The notes beneath the pieces were generated by a model, which saw nothing but the letters and a program-made list of their open reading frames with translations, searched no databases and was not told the DNA's origin. A stretch of 64,000 nucleotides of DNA from Lama guanicoe. Its lineage: Eukaryota. Position numbers and translations under genes: made by a program. The stretch is from contig MU053810.1 in NCBI GenBank assembly GCA_013239625.1, positions 62,001-126,000 of the forward strand, given 5' to 3'. Shown one piece after another: positions 49,200 to 61,000 of this stretch (position 1 is the first letter of the stretch; each line of letters starts with the position of its first letter).

Positions 49200-49780
49200 A
49201 GTTTTTACACCTTTATTGAGGTATAATTGGTTTATGAAGAACTGCCCATATTTAATGTGTACAATTTGATGAGTTTGGACATATGCAAACATCCATCATA
49301 CTGTGACCACAATCAAGGTGACAGAGATACCCAATATGACCCAGAATTTCCTTGTGTCCTTTTGGATTTGTTTCGATTTGGCTTTTGTTTTGGAAAGAAC
49401 ACTTAATATGAGATCTACTTTTGTTAAAGTGTGAAATGCACAAGATGATATTGCTTACTCCAGACAGGATGTTGTACAGCTGATCTCTAGAATATATTCA
49501 TTCAGTGTAACTGAAACTTTTTACCCACTGAATAACAACTCTCCATTTTCCTGCCTTCCAAGCCCCTGGCAACCACCACTGAGCTCTCTGCTTCTGTGAG
49601 CTGGACTGTTTCAGATACCTTATAGAAGTCGAAGCATACAGCATTTGTTCTGTGACTCGCTTATTTCACTTAGCATAATGTCCTGCTGGTTCACATATGT
49701 TGTCACTAATGTCAGGATGTCCTCCTTTTTAGGGCTGAATAATATTCCATTACATGTAAATACCACATTTTCTTTACAAA
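49200..49780 (-). mobile_element. L1MB-type 3' end
   Basis: 'ctttattgaggtataattg...tgtacaatttgatgagtttggacatatg...gcttatttcacttagcataatgtcc'. Confidence 0.85.
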
Positions 49781-50188
49781 TTCATTTTGAAAAGCTATTT
49801 GCACTGTGTCTTTTCTTAGTCAATTCTACTTGCTAGGATGCTGAGCTCCATGAAAAGGGGCCACATTCTTTAAAAGTTTGGGGACCACTGCTGTGGTGGT
49901 CTGAAGCGCCAAGCTCCCTGAAGTGTCTTAATTGAGAGAAAGACATTAGTACATATTTCCATTCAACTGTGGGTTTTCAAAAAATTTGTTTATTAAGAGT
50001 TAAATATAAACATTGACCAGTAGCATTTTCTAACCATCCACATTAGTGTTTTACAGAAAAATAGTCTTTGAGGAACTGTTTGTACCTGGATTATAGTTAT
50101 GTATTTGTGTTACATGATTTAGTGGGGTACAGGGTCTTTGACAGGAAGAGTATGAGGAGAAGCTTGGAAAGAAGGAACATTCTGTAAA

Positions 50189-50696
50189 TGTAACAGCGAA
50201 ACAAACCTGACTCCATACTGGATGTTTCTTTTACTTCAACCTTTGTATTCTATTGCTTTTGCTACAAGGTAGTCGCTAAAGCAATGTTGCCTAGAGCTTA
50301 AAGTATACATAATGGCCCATCTCCAGGAACCCTGTCTCCTGTGCCTGAGCTTAAGCTTAAAATGCCTTTTTTTTTTTTTTTTAACTCACTGGAAACATCC
50401 TGACCAGGCCGACCTGTGAATGGCTGCAGGAAAGCAGAAACTAACACATCCCCTACAGAGTCTGACTGGAACCAGGAAATACTTGCAACAACTTAATGCC
50501 TTTTCCACTTTACCTCTCTGCTCTATAAAAAAACGAACATCCAAACCCAGGCAGCATGGTTCTTCAGGACACTAGTTCACCATCTTCTCAGTCTGCTGGT
50601 TTTCAGAATAAAGTTGTGATCCCTTACCCCGAAAACTCGTCTCTCGATTTATTGGCCTGCCATGAGGGGAACAGTATAAGCTTGGACTTGGTGACA
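50189..50696 (+). mobile_element. ERV1-type solo LTR
   Basis: TG...CA termini, imperfect 4-bp TSD taaa/taat, TATA-like tataaaa at ~50525, AATAAA at ~50607. Confidence 0.85.
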
Positions 50697-50769
50697 TAAT
50701 GACACTACCTTCAGTCCTGTAAGTTTCCAGTTTGGATTCGGTCATGCCCCCAGTTACAAGCTCTTCAAT

Positions 50770-51142
50770 GATGGATTTCTTCAATGTAGATATATAGATA
50801 TATTTCTGCACTGCAACTTTTTCAGTTACAAATAGTGCCCAGAAACCAAGAATTTGGACAAATTAGCCCTAGAATCAGACTTTCAAGTTGCCGTGTTACA
50901 AAAATAAACTACCTACTGAATCACATTAATGTAACAAAGATAAACACTTTGTTCTGCTGACAAGAGTTTGTTTTGATCTTGTCCTTTAATTTTCTTCCTT
51001 TTGTGTATGTTTTATATGTTCATCAGTAGGTATAATACTACACACCTGCAGTTTCCAACTATTCACATTATTAGAGATGTTTGTGTGCTCAAAAACATTT
51101 TATCAAAGGGTGCACAATCAAAACTTTTCGCAGACCCCTGAA
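50770..51142 (+). mobile_element. hAT-Charlie transposon 3' fragment
   Basis: Degenerate transposase C-terminus (…ATFS…/…KLALESDFQVAV…) and terminus '...tttcgcagacccctg'. Confidence 0.6.
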
Positions 51143-53254
51143 CTAGATTAACGATCTCTTGCTGTCTTTTGTCAACAAATGGATCAGAAAAGCCCTTTTC
51201 TTGCCATTATTTAAGGCCAACGTCATGCCACCACATTCTCTAGGCTTGAATCATCCTTGTTAACCCTCGTATTTGAGTTTGTTAATTTAACACCAGACTT
51301 GGAAAGAACTGATAGGACATGCAGGTTTCATAATGACTCTAACAATTCTAACTCGTGTTCTTCCTTGCCTCTGGGCTGGGATCCAAATCTAGAAAAGCCC
51401 AAAATTCACAGGTTCAACTGAGACTCTTTTCCATGTTTCTCGGGGAGCAAAAGGGGTACACTGGACAGTGGCAATCTTTTCCAAACAAAGAGCAAAATCC
51501 AAACAGGGGCACTGGCACCCAGCATGCTTGTAACATGGGAACTCGGGGAGGTCTGAGTGTCAGAGGCTCGAGAGCTGGGAGCTTGGGGGTCCATCGTGGT
51601 ATAAATGAACACAGAAGGCAAAGCACAGAATGAGTCACCCAAGATTACACAGCTCGTTAGTGGCACATCTGGGACCACAACCAAGTCTTTGGATTCCACT
51701 TGGTCTCTGGGACTTGCTAATAGTCCCTCAGGGCCGATGCAGGGTTGCAGAAATGGGTGGGAAGCCACGAGAAACATGGAGAGTTGTTGGCCTCGGATGA
51801 GACACGGCCAGATAATGTCTGGAGCTCAGTGATCGCAGTCAGTGTTGCAGCAGCAATCGCCTGGGCATGCTGGCTCGGCACGCCTGTGTGGGATCCTCTG
51901 AGTGGACTGTGGAGTCCTCCAGCCTGGGAAATTGCTCTGCACAGCCCCGCCTCTGGAGAGGAGAAAGCGAACCTCCTGCTTCTTCAACAGTGGGTGACGG
52001 ACACACAGCTGCAGCTCTTCTGATCATGCCTGCAGCTCCTGCACACACACTGAGGGGCTGCGGAGGAATGAAAGGGGGAGGGGGAGCGGACGCGTCCTCA
52101 CTGCTGTATCCTCAGTGCCTAGAATGGTGTCTAGCACAGAGGAGGCGCTCAGGAAATTTTCGTTTGTGAAAAAGTCCTCACTGGAGAGGATGGAACAGGG
52201 GCAAGTGAGAGGGCTGAGTTTCCAGCCCTGATCTTGTTGGGCTCGTGGGTGGCCACAGGTGGAGAGCTGAGCGTCCAACCAGGAGAGCAGGTCAGGAGGG
52301 ACCCAGGAAACATCCCAGCCGGGATGTGTTATATTTCCTGCTTGCCCAGGAGGCCTCCATGAAAACTCAAATTTTCCTTCCAAAGCTATGAAATAAGCCC
52401 ACTCATGACCCTGCACGTGGCCAGGTTTCCACTGACACGTCTTCATCCACGCTGCTACGGGGGTGACTGCCCTGGGCTTTACGGAGGCCCAACTCGAGCC
52501 CTTAACACTGATCACTGCCACCCTCTGAGTCCCAGTTCCCTCGTGTACAAGGCAGAAATCAGGACCATTCCCACTCACCTCGTGGCCATGGTGACAACTG
52601 GATGGGAACTCACCGTAACGTGCCTCAGTCACTGTAAACCCCTCTGCACGTGTGTGTCGGCGTTGGCGAGAAGGGGCCATGTCTACTGGGTCCACCGGTG
52701 AATTGTGCCCCTCCTGTTCATCTTCAGGTGGAAGGGAGCCACTTTAACTGGTCCAGAGGAAAAGCCCTTTCCAGCCCGTCTCCGTGTCTGGGTGTGACCG
52801 CAGTTGTGAGAACCAGCTGCTGTGGGGCGCGACTTCATTTTCCATCTCCACATGGAGCACGGGAACCCGTGAGGTCTTTAAGAAGGACCCCGCTGACACT
52901 GGTAGATGGGGCATGCCTATGGATGTGAAGCGTTTGGCCACTTTTTTTTTTTCCTCTAAAGATATAAAAGCTTCCTGTCAGGACTCAGGGTATGCTTTGT
53001 CTAGAAGCTTGAGGCCTCCCCAGGGCAGTTTGCTAATGCATTGGTGTCTGTGCTATATTCTTACAGCAAATTAAAGATTTTGAAGACGGTAATTGAGTTC
53101 ATGTTGATTTGAGATGCACTTGTCAGCATCCAGTGTCTGTTCTCAAGCTGCCTCTCCCTCACCACATGGACCACAAGTGCCAGTCCAGCCTCATGCTCTC
53201 TCTCCGGTCAGCAAGGGTGACTGAGCTGTCTTGAGTGTGCCGACAGAGGGGCGA

Positions 53255-53730
53255 TGCTGGGGGAGGCAGCCTTCTAGAGCGCTCCCCCTATGGCCCCCAA
53301 ATCTTGGTAATCAAATCCTTGGGTAATCCTCACTTCCAATTAATAGAATATGGCAGAGGCAGTGGGGTACCATTTCCAAGATTAGGTTATAAAAACCAGT
53401 ATCCACTCTGGGGACTTTCATGTTCTGTCACTGCCTGTCTATCTGTCTGTCTGTCTCTCTCCCTCTAGCATTACCCATGTCATCAGCAGCCCTAGAGGAG
53501 GCCCACATGGTATGACCAGGAATGAAGCCCTCAATCCATGAGGAACGAACCTGCCAATGACCCCATCAATGAACTTGGAGGCACATCCTTCAGTCCCAGC
53601 CATGTCCTGGGATGTCCTAGCTCCAGCCAACAGCAGCTGGGCTGCAACCTCACGGGCAGCTGGGGCCAGAGGCACCCAGAGGCCAAGTTCTGACCCACAG
53701 AAAGTGCAAGATGGTCAATGTTTGTTGCAA
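53255..53730 (+). mobile_element. MLT1 (E/F-like) MaLR LTR
   Basis: 'aatagaatatggcagag...ttccaagattaggttataaaa...gaggcccacatgg...ttctgacccacagaaa'. Confidence 0.75.
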
Positions 53731-54869
53731 GGTCCTCCCCACTCCTGGTGCCCTTGAGACGTTCCTTCACTGTAGGGATTACAGCCCAGACACAAGACAG
53801 TTTGAAAGCCTTACCTCTGAGTAAGCTTTCTCTCCTCCCCTGGGGGTGCCTTGTGACAAGCACCTTGGGCTGGCAGAGTCCAGAAGTCGGCTGTTTGCCG
53901 TGTCCATGCTGGGGAGCAGCTGGTCCCCATTAGAGGGCTTGCTCGGGTGCTCATCTGCATGATGACAGGCAGGTGGGCTGGCGGCTCAGCCTCCCGTGTG
54001 AGTTTTTCTCCATGAGCTGATATACACAGCCTGACCTAGCAAGACCCACAAAATAGATCCTGGTGCCCTCAAGACAAATACAACATTGAAGCTACAGAAA
54101 TGTTATAGGGAGGGGAAGAGGTGGGCAGAGAGGTGGGCAGGAGGAAAAGGGTTCATACATTGACCAAGAATTGCGTTTTCCTGGCCCACTAAGTCTTCCT
54201 GGACAGAGGCCGTGCTCGCTGGTGGAAACATATTAGGAAGATGAGCTCATGTATAACACGGTTCCTCCCAGGGGAGGCTGGCAGAGAACCAGAGATCTGA
54301 GGCACTTTCTTGAAAATAAATCAGCAGCTTTGAAGGTGCTCTGGAGGAGAATAGCAGTCGACAGGGAAGTCTGCATGTCAGGGATGAACTCAGTGTGCAT
54401 GAACAGAACTTCCCTGAGACGTTAATCAGAGCAGGAGAATAGACTAACTTAAGGAAAAACAAAAAAACTCACAAAACAAAAACCTAGCACTGTTGTGATT
54501 ATTCCTGCATCTCTGATTGTAGATCAAATCCAGCTTCTGGGACGTTCCTCATGAGACATGGAGCAGCTGGACAGCAGGAAGACACGGGCTCGGTGTGTTA
54601 CACTGTCACGCCTGTGTCCTCTCTGCCACAGAACTGTGTGTCAGGCTGGGCTCAGCTATTAGGAGAAATTTCTGTCAGAGATGGAGAATGGACCTTAGGA
54701 ACATTAACCAATTGGATCATGCCACTGCTCAACTCAGTAACTATCAGCTCCCCCAACCCCAGTTACCTGTGAAATACATGGAGTCCAGATTGCATAGTTT
54801 GTAAATCTGTGACCTGCACAAAACCGCGAGAGGCAATGCAGTGGAATGACGCTTGGTGTCAGTGCCAGC

Positions 54870-55060
54870 TGAGTTTGGAACTCTGCCGAATTGGGGTAAA
54901 TCACCGAGCCTTTCCGAACCCACCTGGGCAATGAGGGCACCTTCCTTGTGAAGCTGACGGTTAAAGGAGATGTTGAATGGAACGCACTTAGCGCAGTGCC
55001 TAGAGCACAGCAAATGGTCAGTACACGACATTGTTACCAGGAGCAATTACTGTTGATGAT
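54870..55060 (+). mobile_element. MIR SINE
   Basis: 'gcacttagcgcagtgcctagagcacagcaaatggtcagta'. Confidence 0.65.
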
Positions 55061-55922
55061 CATAGTGACAAGGAGCCTCCAGCCCATCTCCCTCTCTCCC
55101 TACGCTTTGCCCACACCCCATCTTCGAGCCCAAGGAAGTAGGTACTAGTCCATCCGCACGCTGTGTCTCCAGCCACCATGCTCTTGCTCACACTGTTCTA
55201 CTGATTTCTTCCTGTCCAAACGCTACCCCTCCTCCCAGCTCCACAGCCTTCCTCATGCAGCCTTTGAGGTTAGCGTCCGCATCGGCTGTACCTTGGTTTT
55301 CTCAGTCAGAATGACAACGCTTGACTATACTAGGTGCTCAAAGAGGCTGAATGAATAAATGGATGGATGGATGGAAGAAACCTTATGGCCAGGGCACTGG
55401 AGGGAACCGGCAGGGGAACAGAGGACGGCGGGTTTGTGGGTCTGTGGGCCCTGAGGCCTAACTTCACTGCTGCTGCTGGCCCTGAAGGGGAGGCAAACTC
55501 TCCCTGGGTTTCTTGTGCAGGACAAGCGTGGCCAATGTTTTTCCACAGCTGTGATGCCACAGCAAGTCTGTAAAGTGCTTTTAACTGTCCCAGCCCTTAG
55601 TGACAGCCTCCTGAGGGCGATGCTTCTCTCCTCGCCTCACATCCCTCAACAAAAGAGGCCACGTGAACTCCCCCTGGAGCCCGGGATTTCAGTCCCAGCT
55701 GTCCCCGGCCTTGAAACCTGGTAAAAGTTCTCCTTGTCCCACAGCACACAGTCTCGTACTCCCAGGTCTGCTGGGCACACACAAGCCAGCAGGCCTCCTG
55801 TGTGGCACCTCTGTTAAACTGAACGTATAACGGTGCCAGGGTGCGTGGAGGGTGCGTGGACTGGAAATCAGCCCCCGCAACAGGTCCCCTCAGCTGGAAG
55901 GCCTTGCATGGTGGGTGCTCAC

Positions 55923-56377
55923 TGTGAAAACTAATACAGGGAACCCTCGCTGAAGGGCAGTGGGGAGGCCAGAGGGGCAGCTCTCCTGCAGGGACCACTT
56001 GACATCACTACGGATTCCAACAGGATGACGCATACTTTGCATCTCTGGCTGGAAGTGACACTTCTTTACAACCACCAGCAGGAAGAAGGAAGATTTTCTC
56101 CCTGACTGGCAACAGCTCAGCCGATGAGAGACTGTTACAACTCAGCCAATAAAAAGCCATGACACTTCTAACTCCAGCTTTCCTCCATGGACTTCTTGTT
56201 TGTTACAGCCCCTCTCAACGCCCCCTTCTCCTCTAAAAGAGTTTCCTCTCTATTGCTGTACTGGACTTGCATGTGGCTTGCCACAGGTGCATGTCCTGAA
56301 TAGCTGTTCTTTGTTGTGCCTGAATAAATCTGTTTTGCTGGTCAAATAGCTGGCTGTTTTATTGTTTTACGTGAACA
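55923..56377 (+). mobile_element. ERV1-type solo LTR
   Basis: TG...CA termini, imperfect TSD tcac/acac, repeated CCAAT-like 'ctcagccaat' motifs, and AATAAA before the U5-like end 'tgaataaatctgttttgctgg...gtgaaca'. Confidence 0.75.
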
Positions 56378-58021
56378 ACACGCACACGCTGACACACACA
56401 CACTCTCCCTGTTATGTTATTGGGGTGCTCTTTTGAGGATTACACGTTCTGGGGGCTCAGCATAGGTTTTGCAACCATATATGTAAAAAAAAGGGGGGGC
56501 TGGGGGGGGCTCTTCTTTGGTCTTTCTCTAACGAGGGGACACCAGCACAGCTAAGTACGTACATAGGACCACAACCACTCCAGCCAAATGGCTTGCCGTG
56601 TACATGATTTGAAGACACTCCGATTTCAGAACGTTTCTTTATGAAGTAGAGTTTTGTTACAGCCATCCTCCTCGGGGGCACAGAGAGCTGGGAGGTTTTG
56701 GCTGTGCACGATTTGTACCCCTCTTTGGCATCACACTGTCTGCTTGCTGTGACCTGTCGTGATTCCTTTCCAGATGGACAGTCCTGTATCTACACAGGCA
56801 GGCTTTTGCTTAATTCTTGTACTTTTGGCTCCTTAAGTGTGTTATGGCCAGTGATAGAGCATCCCAAGGGAATATGTAAGACCAAAATTTATCTGAAAAA
56901 AGTGTAAGAAATTTATGGTGAATTTCAGTGCACGTTGAACACTTTTTTGAGCCACAGGGAGGTTCAGTGACTGTCTTGCGAGGTGTCTGGAGGTGCTGGC
57001 CTGGTCAATGTGACTGGAGCCCAGCAAAAAGAAAGTGAGCTTAAACTTTCTAACTCTAAGGCCCTAATAAATACCAGCTTTCTATTAGGATCAGTTTTAT
57101 ACTCCTGTGCGTTGTCTTTAGCTAAATTTTCAGTCACGGTGGGTGAGCCCTCTCTTTAATAAATTTTTACAAATAGTTTTCAAAAGTGGTTAGGCTACTA
57201 AAGTTCCTTTGTTCTGTAAAATCTGCACTGACAATGTCACCTGTGCACCGACTGAATGAACCCTTTGTTATATTACACCGCCTAAGTAGGGCCTGGGATG
57301 AGAGAAGGCACATCAGCCAAGAGAGAACTAGACATCAGACATCAGGGGGTGTACACTGCATTTCTTTGGGACTCACTTATTTCCACTAAGGCCCACGCTG
57401 TTTTCACTTGCTGCTGGCTGTATGGGACAGTGTTGATCCTGCATTTCTATAACACACATCCAATTCACTCTTCCCCACTTCATAACCACTTACTATGTGG
57501 ACTGGAAGAATTATCTGGTCATCAGACCCAATTCCCATCATATATTTAATGAGCTATGAGCTGTAGTCCCTAAATTCCCCGCACCCCCAACAGTGATAGC
57601 AGCAGCCAGTCTTCCGATCAGAAACCAATTGTCCTTTGGGCACCAAGAATTCCAAGGCTGTGCTGAGGACATGGATGTGTGTGGGCGTGTGCTACTCAGA
57701 GAGGTCTTCCTGGAAATCAGTGCTGGCTTTTCCTCCAAATGACTCAAGAATATCTAGTTAGTGTGATCCGGGTGTCTGGGCCCACCTCCAGCCACCTTCT
57801 GACAGCAGCAAGGAGCAGGGGGGGCTGAGCACCCACCACAAGCCTTGAAGCCAAGAAGTGTCTGCCTGCCCCCTCACCGGCCTTCCTGCCCACTGGGCCG
57901 TGATATGAAGTATTCAGGGACCCTTATGAGCTTCCAGGGGCTCAATTCAAACTCCTTCCTTCAAATCCAAATTTCAGAGAGAGGAGAAAAGAGTGGCAGA
58001 AACAGCCCTCCCAACCCCGCA

Positions 58022-58069
58022 CGGCAAAAACAAACTTCATATATCTGAAGGTGATTAACTGTCTTTATT
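58022..58069 (-). terminator. CAMK1D distal polyadenylation signal
   Basis: tttatt at 58064-58069 is AATAAA on the minus strand, with a GU-rich element (gtttgtttttg) ~30 nt downstream. A second minus-strand AATAAA lies at 58221-58226. Confidence 0.75.
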
Positions 58070-61000
58070 GGAGGAAAACAAGAAGTCATCAGTCTCATTA
58101 TCATTATGATAGAAATCTTGATATGTGTACATGATTGTCAAGGCAGAGAATCATTTGCTACACAGGCCCGTTGACAGTTTTGCAGTGCCGCAACCCGTGG
58201 GGGGTAAACTTCTTGCAGAGTTTATTACATGCACGGAATAAATGCACAGTTTCCCTTCTTTTGGACAAGCATGTTTTTTACAGAAAATTTGAACCAGTTG
58301 CAAGCCTGGTAACAATAGACACGGGGGGACATTCCTGGGTTTGACGTCATAAGCTTTTGGAAAACGTGCTCACTGCTGGGAGAGCTGCAAGAAGGCCTAT
58401 GCCGCTATGTGCGGTGACCAAAGCCAATTTAGAAATTGTTCCCAATTGTATTCTGGACAGAATGTACCTTTTTTTTTTTGTCTTCCAACCTCAACGTGGG
58501 GCTGAGATAAATGTCCTCTGAAACGCTGCAATGTTGCAGCATTGTTGTCATGGACAAGATGTTTTTGTTTTTGGAACATGTTTTTGGAACATGTCAAAAA
58601 GCTGGCTGCCAGCCCTGCCCCAGCACGCCTGCCCCACCAAATGCAGGGCTACTGTGAGGGTCAGCGACCCCCCGTCTGTCCAGGAGAAGGTTTTCCTTTG
58701 CGAAGTAATTTATCTAGTGTTCGGGGCTTTTGATTCCCTGGTGATCTTATCTCTCTGACTAAAACCTCAAACACTCCTTTCACTTTCTTTTTTCCTGTCC
58801 ACAAGAAAATAAAATCACCTCAAAGTAAAATAAGTTGGTAAATCATCAGAAGACATAATCAACATAGGAGAAGTTCCTTGGAGACCAAAAGGTTTAAAAT
58901 GGAGACGGCGAATGCAGAAGCAGCATTGGTACAAAGGGGGAAATGCAATAGTTAGTCCCTTTGGTGTAGAGAGATACAGATACTGAGAAGCCATTCCACA
59001 CTTTGTCCACGAAACCAGGCCTGGCAGCCACATGCTGCAGGGTTGGCTGCCAAATGCACAGCCTTTGGGTTTGCAGAAGCAGAGGCCCCTGGAGCCACAA
59101 GCCGAACTGCTCCTGCTGCAGGTGGCAGGGAAGGCAGGAAGGGCTGGTGTTTCTTCCCGTCTGAGTCGGTGCGATGCAGTGCAGGAGGCGGGCCAGGCCG
59201 CGGCCAGCATGCGGGGCCGACTTCACAGTGGGGCTGGGCTCCTGGGCCCACGCCTGGGCTGCAGATCGCGATGCACGCAGACCACAATGAAGGCGGGGGC
59301 CGCAGGGGGCTCAGGCCTCTATCCTCCTCCTCATCCCTGCCTGCTGTCCAGCGTAGAGGTTTCCAAGCGATCTCATCCGCGCACTAGTTTCCTTGGCATT
59401 GTCAGGAAGCAAGCTCCTCTTTCAGAAATCTGCCCAGTTCACCTTTCCTATCTGAAAATGTTGATTTTCAATTCTGAAAACCAAAGACTGGAACACTTTT
59501 TGGCCAGTGACAGGTACACTTGCAGCCCCAACCAGCCCCCAGCCCCTTGCAAAGAGTGGTGGGTTACATACAGGTATATACATTTTTTAAAAAAAAAACA
59601 AACAAACTGAACAGTGTTTGGTCTGGAATGTGTTTAAGGAAAAGGCCAGCTTTTCAGAGTGTGACTGCGCAGAATGGGGAGTGGTGCTGTTTCAGAACAT
59701 GCAGAGGCGTCGTGCACCGGCTGAATCGGAGGGCCTTCATTTCCTTTGCCAGGAGTGATTGTGCGACCCTGGGGAAGAGTACGTCTTATTTCTGTTAATG
59801 GAAGTGGGAGGAGGTGCCCTTGGCTGGACCGTGCTGTTCCTTCTCACATCCAGAGGAAACCCAGCAGTGAGCTTGTGGAAGTCACACCAAGTTGGAGAGT
59901 TGCGGGTGCAGCACAGAGGCCACAACCCTCCTCCTCCTGCCTTCAGCCCTGAGCGATGGTTCCCGCGTGGCTTCTCCAAGGTGAAGAATTAACACTGGAC
60001 TGGGTTCTGGGTGGGTCACAGGGACGTGGTAGCCAAAGCCTTAAAATACTGAGTTATCTCCACCGGAATATGGCCTTTCCTTTCTGTTTAATATTGCTCA
60101 TGAAAGATCAAACTCCAGGGGTTAATAAGATTATGCTGTCACTTCTCCAGAGAGAGGGTCAGCCCCTGTTCTCAAGAGGGGTCACTTGGGTTCCCTCCCT
60201 TTGTCTCTGGTGTCCCCTGGTCTGTTTTAAATGGGGGGGGTCCCCCTGTCTTACTCACAATCTCGCCTGGGATATGCTGGATACCACGGGAGACAAATGA
60301 ACAAGAGGAGATTAGTGCTGGGCAGGTAAACTGAGTCTGGAGGTCATATGCCAAATCCCTTTCATCAGCTCATGTTCCTTAAGCGCCCAAGCCTTGCCTG
60401 TTTAACCCCAAGCCTGACTTCCCAGCTCCTTGGACACTATGCTAAGAGCTAGCTGGACAGTGGGACTTTCTCAAAGGTCAGAAGCTCCTGTGCCAGGGGG
60501 AGGCTGCTCCCTGTTCCTGCAGTGAGATTTTAGAAGTGATGGGGATCACTGCCATGGTCAAGAACACCAAGCCACACTTGCCTTTGGGTGGGGGGTGGGG
60601 GTGGGTTGCTGCTTTCTGCATCTTTTTTTTTTTAAAGGAAACATGAAGGGGTCATTATCTTTTCTTTCCTCCTATGGAGTCAGGGGCAGTAGGAGGTGGT
60701 GAGAACTGCCTACTGCAACAGCCACGTGCCGCCCTGGAATTGCTGTCCATCTGAGTATCTCTTCAAAGGTTTTCCGTGGAGGTGTGCACTTCAGTGGGCA
60801 CTCTCTCTCTCGGCTCCAGCTGCCTTTACCCGACACTGCAGACCCCATGTGCTCGCTGAGGGACAGCAGTGTGTGGCCCAGACTCCAGGGTCCCCCAGTT
60901 AAGACAATCAGATGCCTATCTGGGCGTGCACTCAGTTTCAGACAAACGCTAGCTTCCCCAATGGCCTCACTGCTGAGATGAAAATGAGGGAAGTAAGGGA

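Noticed and set aside
23606..50696. Two related LTRs as ends of one provirus
   Set aside because: They are 26 kb apart and clearly diverged, there is no internal ERV sequence, and the 50.2-kb LTR has its own approximate TSD.
50710..50811. Minus-strand exon-like peptide VQKYIYISTLKKSIIEELVTGG...
   Set aside because: It overlaps what appears to be a plus-strand Charlie transposase remnant, its acceptor lacks a pyrimidine tract, and it is phase-incompatible with the next candidate exon.
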